Part shown: positions 39,526 through 58,477 of the stretch, one piece after another | Layout: each line of letters opens with the position of its first letter | Position numbering within the stretch: position 1 is the first letter of the stretch | NCBI GenBank assembly: GCA_963693365.1 | Contig: CAVNZM010000010.1 | Coordinates: 6,387,794-6,451,793 of the forward strand | Direction: 5' to 3' | DNA length: 64,000 nucleotides | Origin: Amoebidium appalachense | Taxonomy: Eukaryota; Protista; Ichthyosporea | Position numbers and translations under genes: made by a program | Notes under the pieces: model-generated | What the model was told of the DNA's origin: nothing | Database searches by the model: none | What the model saw: the letters and a program-made list of their open reading frames with translations, nothing else

Positions 39526-40807
39526 GAGAATAGTGCGGGCGAAGTATCATAGTAAAGTGATTGTGAAAAAGAGAAGAACGAAAAGGTTTGTATAATGTAG
39601 TTTTTGTGTTGTTTCTTCTACAGCAAACGTTTGAAGTGAAGGCTGCGTTTTTTCCTCTCCGTGCACGGCCGAGTGGAGAGTTCGGACTGCTTTTTTCAAG
39701 CAGGAGGTAAGTTACTGACAAGAGGAAAACTACACGTCTATTGTGTGCACTTCATTAAATAAGAGGGCGAACGAGCAGTAGGTAATACTTAAATTGAAAT
39801 TGACACAGCTCTTGTCGAAGGAACGAAAAGCAGACATCAACAAGAAGGGCAAAACAAGGGGGAAGAAGGGGAAGGAGAGAGGGGAAAGGGGGGGAGAGGG
39901 GGGAGGGGGGGGGGGGGGGGAGGGTGAAGAGGGGTAGGGCCGGGAAAGTAGTCGCGGCAGGTGTTTAGAACCCCATCGTGCGCTGACTTTCATCTGTCCT
40001 GAAGTTTTCTTGTGCAACCACATCAACCAGATGTTTGCAGGTTTTCGAGCACTTGCTTTTTGTTATTTGGAGGCACTTTTTTTTGACGCACTGTGTTTGC
40101 TCTCCCTGGTAAGAAACGGTTTTCGCTTCGACTCAAAATCTTGACAAGTCATTCTCTCAATCGGGTTTGCTTTGATAATACATGTTTGTCACCACCTTCT
40201 CTAATTACTTGCTTTGCCTTACCGCTCTAGTATTAGTCATCACAACACACTTTCTTCAGTTGCTAGTCTATTCCTGCTCTTCTCTGCTGGCTTACCTTCC
40301 TTCTACGGTGCTCATGTAACACTCCTGTTTGCTAAGCTCCAATCTCGTTACCCACCCCCCCCCTCCTCCCCCCCCCCCCCCCCTCCCTCCCCCCCTCCCC
40401 TGCCCGCCTCCCTCTCCCTCACCCCCTCCCCCCCCCCCCCCCCCCCCCCCAGTCATTTTTCTGTCCCTTCTCCCAAGCTCTCCCTTTCACTTATTTCAGT
40501 TTTTCTGTGGACCATTCCTTTTGCCTGGTCTACCCTGCTGCTTTCTGGCACCCTTCTGTGGGTGTCTTCGACCCTTCCTTTCTCTGCTCCAATGGTCTTT
40601 CTGTCCCCTCCCCACTCTGGATCGCTCCTTTTCCTCCCCCCCCCCCCCCCCCCCCCCCCCCCTCTATCTCCGCCCCTCCATAAAAATGGGAGGTTGGGGG
40701 GAAGAAACGAAAAGAAATGAAAAACAACACTCTCCCTTCTCCTCGCGCTTGCGTCTTTCTGGTGTGTGTGCTCGTTAGTGCTTCTTGCCCGTCCCCTGAG
40801 TGTGTGT

Positions 40808-40853
<46 letters not shown>

Positions 40854-41328
40854 AGGTGCATGCACATGTGTGTGATGCTTCGCATATGTGTGCCGGTTTA
40901 AGGGTGTATGAATATGGGCACGTGTTGCCGTTTGGAGTTGTGTGCACTTATTTGTCTGTAAAATGATTCATATGTGCATTATACACCAAGGGTGCGAGTA
41001 TTGTGTGTAACTCACGCAGATATGGCGTGTAGTTATATGTGTGCATATTGTCGAAATATTGTGTATGTTAGTCGTGATGGGTGTATGCGGTATGATGCTC
41101 AAATATTGTGCAGAGTCCTTGTGTGATGTTTTTTCGTCGTGTATATAAAAAGGTTGTGTTTGAGCTATGAAGCGGAGGGGGTGTGCACAATCTGTTTGTC
41201 ATAGTGTGCGCGATGTGTTGTGCATCAAGTTTATTGGCGGGCAGTGAGCATGTTTGCTCACTGTTGGTTGGAGCTATGCGTGTCTGTGCACATACAAGAG
41301 TCTTTTAGATCCGATGACGTGTATTGTG

Positions 41329-41433
<105 letters not shown>

Positions 41434-41558
41434 CGCGCACACACATCACCTCTCTCGTATCTCTGCCCTGTATCGTCACTCCCTTTCTTCTCTCTTTGTG
41501 TTGGAGGCTCCCCCCCCCTCCCTCCCCCCCCCCCCCCCCCCCCCCCCCACCCCACCCC

Positions 41559-41960
41559 GAGACAGCTTTACTTCCATGCAACCGGGCATGGTTGCTCTGT
41601 GTCGTGCATCTGTAAGCACATACGCATTTTTCGCTGCACTGCATTAGTTTGCACACACATCTTCACCGTTTTGCTCACCTTGCTTGCATAAGCAACCCTG
41701 CTTGTCTTTGATCAAGACGGGTTGACCCGCCCAAGTTCAGTTGATGCTGCTGTCTGAGTTGGAGCGTCGTATATACGCGGGCGAAGGGGTCGAAACTCAG
41801 ACTCAATTGATGACTTGGGTCCTCCCTGAGGATGGGCTCTGCTTATGACGCATACTGTGCGCATGGCTGATGTTGCATACTTGAATGTTTGCCTTTGCAT
41901 GTGTCCTGCACCAAGCTTCTCGTCGGGTATACGTACTTCTTACCGTGTTCCGCATTCAAA
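41559..41960 (+). mobile_element. Poly(C)-tailed repeat family, long copy B (~400 bp)
   Basis: Starts GAGACAGCTTTACTTCC right after a C-run and ends CGCATTCAAA + C-run. Homologous to copy A. Confidence 0.92.
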
Positions 41961-42107
41961 CCCCCCCTCCCCCCCCCCCCTCCCCCCCCCCCCCCCGCAT
42001 CCCTAAGACCCCCCTCCCCCTCCCCTCCCCCCCCCCCCCCCCCCCCCACCTTCTCTCTCTCTCTCTCCCTCTCCCTCTCTCCCTCTCTCCCTCTCTCTCT
42101 CGCTCTC

Positions 42108-42230
<123 letters not shown>

Positions 42231-42875
42231 GCGCCTGTTGTTTTGCTTGTCATTTGTTGTTCTGGTTGATTACCTGTAATCTTCGCTTATTTATGTGTGT
42301 GTGTGTGTGTGTGTGTGCATATGTTGTGCGGGGTTGCACATACCGGTGTCTACTTTTCTTCTTACTGTTTTTCTCTCCACACACTTCATCTGTCCACTTC
42401 TACATACCCCCTTTCATAGCTATAGACACACTTCACACATTGCGTTACGCGCACGCATGCACACACCGCTCTGTTGGCGACAGCTCCCTTGGAACCCATG
42501 CGGCATGTTACCCGCCGGCGTAACATAACTCGGACTATCGGTTTGGCTTTTTTCAAGCCCAAAGCAATGGGTGATACCATATTTCCGGCTGACATCCGGG
42601 GGCATAGCTTTCCGTTCGAAGACGATAAAGTTCCGCCCTAGTAAGCGTGTTACTACCCTGCGGCGTGGGTCAAATCTCATATTTTCCCCTCTGATTGCGA
42701 ATTCTGCGGCCTTCGGGACTTAATTCTTTTCAGCTGGTGTAGTATGTTAGCCAGGGAAGTATCGACTTAGGTATCGACGGGGGAGCTTCCTAGAAGCCCC
42801 GTCTCCTGAGTTCCTATCTATATTTTTCTTGCTTCTGCTTACTGCTGCAACTTTAACCCCCGGCCTTTCCCACTG

Positions 42876-43126
42876 CCCTTGCCTGCATAAGCAACCCTGC
42901 TCGTCTCTGATCAAGACGGGTGACCTACTCATATTCAAGTGAAACAGTATCTGAGTTGGGTTTCGTTAACGAGGGGAATAGGTCGAAACTCGGGTACTGT
43001 GGATGACGTGGGCCCCCCCTGAGGATGGGCTCTGCTTATTATGCATCCTCTTTATGTATGGCTTGCATTCTGCATCGTGTTATCCGTTTGTTCTTGTGTA
43101 CTTCGTACTTTTTGACGCATTCAAAA
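42876..43126 (+). mobile_element. Poly(C)-tailed repeat family, diverged copy C retaining the structured core
   Basis: Shares GCATAAGCAACCCTGCTCGTC, GGTCGAAACTC, CCTGAGGATGGGCTCTGCTTAT, TACTTCGTAC and CGCATTCAAA with copies A/B; intervening sequence is diverged. Confidence 0.85.
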
Positions 43127-43180
43127 CCCCCCCCCCCCCCCCCCCCCCCCCGCGCCCTTTCTCCTCCCCTCCCCCCGCCA

Positions 43181-43286
43181 TAAGGATGGGTTCTGCTTAT
43201 GTTGCATACTGTGCACGCTGCTGATGTTGCATACTTGACATACTTGAATGTTTCCTTTTGCTTGTGTCCTGCACCGTGTTCCGCTT
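43181..43286 (+). mobile_element. Poly(C)-tailed repeat family, truncated and internally deleted copy
   Basis: AGGATGGGTTCTGCTTATG...CTGATGTTGCATACTTGA...GTGTCCTGCACC/GTGTTCCGC followed by a C-rich run. Confidence 0.85.
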
Positions 43287-43411
43287 CCCCCCCTCCCTCC
43301 CTCCCTCCCACCCGTTCTCTTCCTTTTACTTGCTCACTTTCTGACTTCTTGTGTGTGTATATTTGTGTGCTTTGTGTGCGTGGACAGAAGTCTTCTGCCT
43401 GCTCGCCTGTA

Positions 43412-43442
<31 letters not shown>

Positions 43443-43444
<2 letters not shown>

Positions 43445-43498
43445 CCCTCTGCCCTCTGCCCTCTGCCCTCTGCCCTCTGCCCTCTGCCCTCTGCCCTC
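43443..43498. repeat. (GCCCTCT)n heptamer, ~8 copies
   Basis: Directly visible. Confidence 0.95.
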
Positions 43499-43772
43499 TC
43501 TTCATCCCTTAACTACCCAACCATTCACCTGAGGCCCCGCTTTCACACAGTTGCCCACAAGCCATCGCAAAAAAACCAAACGAACTCACTTACTTTCTTA
43601 CTTCTTTCTCCATTTAACGTTTTCAAGCGTCATTAGGCCGGTGTGGTTTGTTGATTGCACCACAACAATCCCATGCCATGCAGGCAACACGGAAACTGAT
43701 CCGAAGATCACCCCCCCAGCCTCCCAACACGTTGAAGCACACACGACATGCTGAGAGCCACTGCTACCTAAA

Positions 43773-50724
<6,952 letters not shown>

Positions 50725-52137
50725 TGAGCGGACTTTTGGGGGAGTTTTAGTGCTATCTGGGAAAATTGTTGATATGTCAATGACCGTGTATGGGATCTAA
50801 TTATGTGTTTTTGTGGTGGGCTTGATTTTGATCCGTACGATCCATAATTTCACCTGCCCAAGCTCCCACACGTAAAACACACACCAGGTTTTTCAATGAG
50901 TACAGTTGCATGTAAATTGGGGCCTTTTTACCTTGTGTTTTGATAGTCTTTCTCCCATTGTATTAGATATGATTCTTCGAATTACAACTGTTGTGTTTTT
51001 AGCGAATTTCTGAAATGGTGTTTTATAGTTGTACGAACCAGACGACGCCGAGTTGCATAATCAACAAGTCTTGTTTTTAGGCTTAGGTTGCCATCTGTTA
51101 GTGAAATGATAATGATTTTGCCTTACGGTAATACTGATGCAAAGATACGACGTGTATGTGTGCTTTACGATCAATGATGTATATACCTTGTAGGATAGAT
51201 ACATTCGGGTAGGTATTGTTTACTTTTCAGTGAAATGGGTGTGTTATGTTTTTAAGATTTAACTCCTTTTGTTGTGATGTGTAACAGTTTATTATTCTAA
51301 ATGGGATCATGGTTGTCACACTGTAATCTACGCTGTAACACGTGCATTTTCTTTGTCACTTCTTTTTTTTTTTTTTAGGATACCGCCTATTGTGTACCGT
51401 AACATGAAATATCAACTGTGTACGCGTTAAGTTTTTCCTGATTTTCTTGTTCAATGTTTCGGTTTTTTTATTTTGTGAAAATCTACGTTGGCCTATTAGT
51501 AACCGTACCAATTCATGTCAAGGTTCGAACACCTCGAGAACTGTTTGTCTGAAAACTTGTGTATTCACTTGATTAAAACTGTGGCTGAATTCTCAAACAG
51601 TACGGACGTACCCCAAATTAATTGTGTACGTCTATAAAGGCGAACAATTCAGATACATGTACAGTGAGAGTTCTTTGCTTTTTTGTGAACACAGGAATTC
51701 CCCTGAGTGTTACTTGAATGTGCACGTACAGCTGCATAAATCTGGCATAACCCTCTTTACTTAATTAGGCCAGACCACGTGAGCTGTGTGCCTGTGCACG
51801 TTAGGGTGCCTGGGAAACTTTCAGTGGAAGTGGGGCGGTGTTCCCCTGATGTACGATCGGTTGCTCGGATGCATATGTGCAGGTGTGAGGTGCAGTGACT
51901 GGAGGAAACAGACCGGGGGTGCTCATTCAGCATGTGTGTGTGTGTGTGTGTGTGTGGGTGTGTGGGTGTATGTGGGTGGGTGGGTGGGTGGGTGGGTGTG
52001 CGTGTGTGGGTGTGTGTGGGTGTGCGGGTGTGTGTGTGTGTGTACATGTGTGTGTGAGTCAGGCGTGTATGTGTGTGTGCGTGTGTGTGTGTGTATATGT
52101 GTGTAGGTGGGTGGGTGCGCGTGTGTGTGGGTAAGTG

Positions 52138-52237
<100 letters not shown>

Positions 52238-52486
52238 GCGCGTGCGAGTGCGCTTGTGTGTGTGTGCGCGCGCGCATGTGTGCCGTGTGCTATGTGCACA
52301 TTCATGTGTAAATATGGTGTCGGCAAGGCTTTTTTGTTAGGTAGTTAATTTGACTTGGGTGAGAGTGGTTTATGGCATCAGCGCGATTCCGGCTTCGGAA
52401 AGAGAGCCCTGCGATAGGCTGACTTGATTGTGGCCCGTTTCTTCTTGGGTGTTACACTGTAACATGTGTTGTGGTGTGTGTGTGTG

Positions 52487-52517
<31 letters not shown>

Positions 52518-52838
52518 TCGCGCGCATGCACGTACAGACGCGCGAAGGTGTGTGCCTTTTAGGTGCATGCACGCACGGGCGTATGCACCGTGGCATGTGT
52601 CTCGGTGTATTAGCCACGTTGGATGAATGTGTGTGTGTGTATACGCATCCGAAGGAGGGCGGCGTCGGGGGGGGAGGGGGGGGGGGGGGGGGGAGGGAGG
52701 GAAGAGCTCAAGAGAGACTCGAAAGAGAGGGGGAGGGGGGGGGTGGGAGGAGAGAGAGAGAGAGTGAGAGGGAGGGAGGGAGAGAGAGGGGGGGGGAAGA
52801 GGGGGGGGGGAGGGAGAGAGAGAGAGAGAGAGGGAGGC

Positions 52839-52880
<42 letters not shown>

Positions 52881-53470
52881 GGAGAGAGAAGAGAGAGAGA
52901 GAGAGAAGAGTAGGCGGGGAAGACAGAGGGGCTGGGGGGCGAGGGAGGGGGTGAGAAAAAGGGAGAGACAGAGGAAAAAAGAGAGAGGAGGGGGGAGGGG
53001 GGGGGGGGGGAGGGGGAAGAGGGAAGAGCGGGACGAGAGACTAAGAGACTAAGGAGCAAGTCTAAAACTCAGGGACGGGGCCATTGAAGGAGGGAGGGGT
53101 ATACTGAGTCTTCTTGAGCGGTGAGAATACGATATGTTTATTTTACGGTAGTTGAATTCTACCTTTCATGTGGCACAGACAACTTAAAAGCACAATGCAA
53201 GGCTCAAGTTATTATTACGGTCTTCAGGTTTCCATTCATACATAAGTATAACAAATAGTTCAAACTGCGATCCTAGATCAGGAGGGGTGCCCGAAGGTGG
53301 CAACCACCAAACCGTCGAGCTCCGAAGCAATGACTATGCAGAGCTATTTTAAACATATCATAAGTGCAACTTGCGCAGCTGGAATACCACCAACCCGTTG
53401 TTCTACAAGAAACGTGATGACAAATCATGCTCTAACATGAAGCACAGTTGTACCCGTAGCTTTAGACCAA

Positions 53471-54412
53471 CTAGCTGGAATGTGCAAATGACTCCTTAGT
53501 ATGAGTCACCCCATTAAGCATCAAAAACACCGACCTGCTATAGTCCTCCTGATTCAGAAAATACTGTTCCATAACTAAACTTACTCTTGCCCCCCCTTTC
53601 GCGCTAGCAAACGGCTGCACTCGATGCAATGCATCTCCCCTAAACTCAACCAAAGTGTTGGTCTGCGGTGTGACTCTTTGCTCTGGTTCAAAAAATGGAA
53701 GACCCGTATATGACCACAACTCAAGTTTTCCACCGACCATGTCATCTGGTACGTTCAAATATAGCACCGTGGTTTGGTAGGAGAGATACATAAAGTAGGG
53801 GGAGGCACCATATAAGGCCACAGAGTTGTCGTAGTGGGCACCCACCGCCGGGTCGGCATTAGAAATGTTAGCAGCAGGATAGCAAATGAGCACTTGAAAT
53901 ACAAAAGCATTGGTCCCAGGTATACGCGTACGGTTGAAGAAATCTGCGAACTCTTTAAACCGTGGGTCAGAAAAGAGAGCTTCAGCACCGTCGCTGTTAA
54001 AGGAGGTCATAAACCCTGCCGTGCCTTTGAAGTTGCCTTGATCGAGGGCCATGGCTCCGCCGCGGATGAATGGATGATTCAGTGCGGCATGTCGCATTGC
54101 GCTGAGCTCGGTAGGGCTGAGAAAGTCCCTTTTTGAAACAACAAGAGGCTTTGAGTCCTCACATGTCGATATCATACAGAGTGCGCACAGTAAAACATAA
54201 GCGAAATACAAGAAAAGTGCTGTGTGTACCCAAAAAAGGGCACACCTTGACGCAATGCGCCTGCTCGGTTGGGTTTGTGCGTTGGTTTTTGGTGTGTTTT
54301 CTTCTGTGCGCTGGGTGTTTGGTGCATGTTTTTTCGTGTTTTCAAAATGTGTGGTACCTTCTGGTTCTCGGCCAAGTTTCTCCGGCCCCGAAGTTTGGAG
54401 CGACCTACACAT
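53471..54412 (-). CDS. Intronless 2OG-Fe(II) oxygenase (prolyl-4-hydroxylase-like fold) with an N-terminal hydrophobic helix
   Basis: 313-aa ORF free of repeats. HxD (GAHYDNS), VLYLNVPDDMVGGKLEL, distal His (FRGDALHRV), 2OG-binding RVSLVMEQY. TM-like ALFLYFAYVLLCALCMI. Confidence 0.85.
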   Translation of the reverse strand: MCRSLQTSGPEKLGREPEGTTHFENTKKHAPNTQRTEENTPKTNAQTQPSRRIASRCALFWVHTALFLYFAYVLLCALCMISTCEDSKPLVVSKRDFLSPTELSAMRHAALNHPFIRGGAMALDQGNFKGTAGFMTSFNSDGAEALFSDPRFKEFADFFNRTRIPGTNAFVFQVLICYPAANISNADPAVGAHYDNSVALYGASPYFMYLSYQTTVLYLNVPDDMVGGKLELWSYTGLPFFEPEQRVTPQTNTLVEFRGDALHRVQPFASAKGGARVSLVMEQYFLNQEDYSRSVFLMLNGVTHTKESFAHSS

Positions 54413-54860
54413 GGTTGCTTGCGTTGCTATTTGAAGCTAAGAAGCGCAGAACCGGAAAAAAAGTTTTGAGGAACTTTGAAATCACTACAGGTCACTTTTA
54501 CGCTCGTTTCTACTTCTATCACTACAGTTTCTTTAGTAAGCTCCGGGGTATGGCATGTTCAGAAAGGAGTTTAAAAGCCTACGTTTGCCAGGCCAACACA
54601 CACACACACTAGTCTGTGACACAGACTCTCCGGCCAAGGTCCAAGGTTTTATTTGGATGGAATGCGCTTCGAAAATCCCCCTAGTATTCCCCCTCGAGCA
54701 TACGCACGACACAGCTTGCAAGCAGCTTTGTGGCCTTTCCAGCGTCTTAAAGCAAACTAGTTTAACTAAATGGCCCAAAAAAAAAAAAATCCTCACAGGA
54801 AAAAATAAATATTTTGTGATTATCATTTTCTTTGCCTGGCACACGTCGAAAACGTAGATA

Positions 54861-54880
54861 GCTGACTCAGCTGAGTCAGC
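54861..54880. promoter_or_regulatory. Perfect 20-bp palindrome GCTGACTCAGCTGAGTCAGC (two AP-1/MARE-type TGACTCA sites)
   Basis: Directly visible, ~450 bp upstream of the oxygenase ATG. Regulatory role is inferred. Confidence 0.45.
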
Positions 54881-56379
54881 GTGCCTGCAGCGCTGGCTGA
54901 CAATAAACCAATAATAGTACTATTTATAAATAGCCTTCCTTCTTGATTATGTTTAGAATTCTCCGATGCCGAACACGAAAATTCGAAAATGAATCACATA
55001 GGCCAAAGGCGTATATGAATGGGGCTGTAAGTACAGGTCTACTGGTCTTCATTTTCTGATGTGCCACTCTACAGCTTTTAGGCTTAAGAATGTGCCTGGG
55101 AAGCAAGACTACATGCATACGCCGTGTACCAAGAGAGTTATGGCGCGACTTTGCAAGTTATAAATCATAATGAATGAAGACGCAATCTGAATGGATCTTG
55201 AGAGTAACGCTAATAGCCATTTATGGCATAGTGTGGAAGTGATGTCTGATTAACCAAGGTTGCCCGCACCATTCCTCGTGGCCGATGTACACAAACTTTA
55301 GTATCTAAACACGTGTACACACGTGTAAACACACACAACACCGTCCACACGCACAAACACACACACGTCCATGTCCAACAGGACACGCACGCTGCCAGTA
55401 CTGTTGACATCACACACACACGCACACCCACACAGGCACGCACACACATGCACACTCCGACACGCATACGCACACACACACGTGCACACGTACACAGTCA
55501 GTCTGACACACACACATGTACACATACGCGCGCGCGCAGGTGCACGTGCACGCAGTCAGTGGGACGCATGCGTGCGGACACACATGAACACACACACACA
55601 CACACGCACACACACACACACACGTACATAGCCACACATAAAAAAAATGTTGTTGTGCTCCCGTCTCGTTTTCCATATCGCCGCCTTTTGGGTAGGTACC
55701 AGCCCCAGATAGACAAATTCATCAATGCAAACCATCCGTTCAGTCACACGCACACATGCATACGTACTTTCTAAATCTCGTGCAGACGCAACTATAGTCA
55801 ATTGCAAGTGCACACGTGCATTCAGACTAAGGACCCGAATAATGTTCGAGCTTCACGAATTTCAAAGCCCTACTACATACCACCTTCGAACATTAAAAAA
55901 GCAAAAGCATAAGAAAAAAGATTATTCCATCGGACCTATTCTAGGAGAATAGCCAAGATAGTACCAACCATATCCATAATAAAAGAAAAAATTGAGTGGA
56001 TTCCAAATACGACCACATGCATGTGATACTGAATATTCAAAGGTACAACGCCTAAATAGCCGTTATTAAATGTATGCGCTCTTCTTTACATGTGTCTATG
56101 ACATTGCGTGATATCATAAATAACCTTCATTCAACTTTTACAAAGCCAAATTGGAAAAGGGTGACCAGTGAGTGACACGTAGCAGGCATCTGAACCGTGT
56201 GATTGTGTCAGTACGCATGTGTGTGTAGTGTCGGCGTGTCTGTGTGTGTGCACGTGCACGCACAGTGTGCACAGTCGTGTGTTTCTGTGTACGTTGTGTG
56301 GCCATGTATGTGCGTGTGCGTGTGTGTTTCAAATGTTTCAAATGCAAGAGAATTGGAACCGAGGGGGGGGGGGGGGGGG

Positions 56380-56456
56380 ATGTGTTACAGAATACGAAGT
56401 GCAGATGTACGACGGGCAACAAAATGCAGATTGCTAAACACATGGAGTATATGCCC
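56380..56456 (-). mobile_element. Poly(C)-tailed repeat family, diverged short copy in the BAG 3' region
   Basis: G-run then ACAGAATACGAAGTGCAGATGTACGACGGGCAACA, similar to 59366-59405. Confidence 0.55.
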
Positions 56457-56483
56457 TTTTTTTTTTTTTTTTTTTTTTTCCCC

Positions 56484-56514
<31 letters not shown>

Positions 56515-56515
56515 C

Positions 56516-57133
56516 TTAGGCGGCAGGCTGGCCAGGCCCCCTATTCTTGATTGAGTCCAGCATGCTCTCAGTCTCCTGCACATATAGGATGTGCTGCTTG
56601 CGCTGTTGCCGCCTGAACATGAAAAATATAACGTCAGGTGTTGTTATGTCAATGGTTTGGGAAAGGAAGAAGTGGGACAAAAGGAATTTAGCAGGGATAA
56701 TCGATACACTGGGGCTGGATAGACACTAAGAACTTGTGGGCTTATCAACAGAAATGCTGAAGAAGGTCTCAGAAAAACAAAGTGGAGAATATAGACAATG
56801 GAAAATAGATGCCGGGAGTAGGCCATCGGCCACCAGTCTCGCTTCCTTTTTCTTTTCCCTACTTCCTTCTTGCTTTTCTTTTCCTTCCCCCCCCCCCCCC
56901 CCCCCCCCCCCTCCCCCCTAATAGTATCAGTTCTTCTCCCCCCCCCCCCCCCCTCCTCTCCTTCTTCTTCTTTTTTCTTTTCTGGTGGCGGCAGCGGTGG
57001 TGGTGGCGGCGGCGGTGGTGGTGCGCGTGTGTGTGCGTGTGTGTGGGAGGGGAGGGGAAGGGAACTCACATGTGCCTCCGAATACAATTGTCATTTCATA
57101 CGTGTGAGAGAGTGTGTGTATGTGTGTTGAGGG

Positions 57134-57164
<31 letters not shown>

Positions 57165-58036
57165 AGGGGAGAAGTGTGTGTGTGTGTGTGTGTGTGTTGG
57201 GGGGGGGGGGGGGGGGGGGGGGGGGGTTGCATACAGGTCTGCTTGTATTTGGTCTGTGATTCCAGGGCCACCAACCGACACGCTGTCCAGAGCCAACTGC
57301 AGCTTGATGCATTTCTCATTGAGCATCTTCCAATGCTTATCCAGTCTCTCTTGCTCACGCGCATCTGGCACTTCCTGCGTGCGTGTCTGGTAAGATAACA
57401 ATAGCACATATAGCAGTGTGTGGACAGGCAAAGTGCAAACACAGGAGGAAGAACAGGTCACACTATCCCGGGGGAGGGTGGGTTAGAGTGTGGGGTGGGG
57501 GTGGTGGGGGGGGGGAGGCGGGAAGGGGGGGAGGGGAGGGGTTGTACAGAATGAAGCAGATAGTTTTTTAAAACAAAACATAGGAAATAAGTGATATACG
57601 AAAACGAAAACACCAAAGAGCATGACGCAAATGCAAAGCAACAGGGCCACAAGAAACAGTGCCTCCTTTTATGGTAGAATAGGGCGGGCTGGGGGTGGGG
57701 CAGGATACATGGAAACAGAGAGGGACGGGGGGAGGGGGGGGGGGGGGGGGGGGGGGGGGAGAGGGGGTGTGGGGAGACAGGTCTCCGGTGGAAAACAACA
57801 GGAGAAGGAGGCGGAAGTATCTGATACTTGTGCGCGTGCATGTGTGTATGTATATTAAGACGGTAGGGGTGGGGGAAGGGATGGGGAAGGGGGGGAAGGA
57901 CCAAAGTACGAAACACACGTGGATGACAGCCAAAACAAAGCAGGTTGCAAAGCACACACACGGAGTACGCAGCAAAAGCAGAGCCCACCCGGTGGAAGGG
58001 AATGTGGTGGTGGTGGTGTGGTGGTTTTTTTTGTTT

Positions 58037-58080
<44 letters not shown>

Positions 58081-58446
58081 GGTTAGAATTGAAACCACTG
58101 GATGGCAAGGGTAAGGGGGCCACACGATGTGGATGCAGCAAAAAGATACAGAAAGGGAGGGAAGAGCCCAGGGGAAGGGGGTGGGATGGGGGGGAGAGCA
58201 TTGGACGGTTTGGAGGGATGGAGAGAAAGCGAGGGAGGGGGGAGGACGGACGAAAGAGAGAAAGAGAGATGACGTGGAGAGGGGCGGGGGCGGGGGAGGG
58301 GGGGGGGGGGGAGGGAGGGAGGGGGGGGAGGGGGGGAAGGGGGAGGGGGGGAGAGAGAGAGAGCGCCCACAAGAGAGAGAGAGATGACAGAGGCACAGAG
58401 AAACAGCAGACGAGAACGGGAACTGAGCCTGGAGAGACGGGGGAAA

Positions 58447-58477
<31 letters not shown>

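Noticed and set aside
41686-41702. Telomerase RNA template (CAACCCT followed by a pseudoknot)
   Set aside because: Multi-copy, 5'-truncated and intronic; the template does not give 1.5 TTAGGG repeats.
41720-41795. Canonical HDV-like ribozyme (GGCGAA-GGGGTC)
   Set aside because: No P3/L3/P1.1 can be formed after GACCC, and copy C lacks the catalytic C equivalent.
41808-41832. C/D-box snoRNA or SECIS (TGATGA...CTGA)
   Set aside because: Boxes are only ~12 nt apart, with no guide region and no apical AAR loop; at most a K-turn-like motif.
41786-41836. Hammerhead ribozyme (GAAAC and CTGAGGA)
   Set aside because: Core elements are in an order that leaves no stem I/stem II, and the NUH triplet is not conserved among copies.
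42420-42840. Possible reverse-transcriptase remnant upstream of repeat copy C
   Set aside because: Complex sequence, but I found no recognisable RT/endonuclease motif and there are stops in all frames; would need BLASTX.
57590-57660. Further degenerate copy of the poly(C)-tailed repeat
   Set aside because: Only patchy similarity (ATACGAA...GAGCATG...ATGCAAAGCAAC) and no adjacent tail; not supportable by eye.
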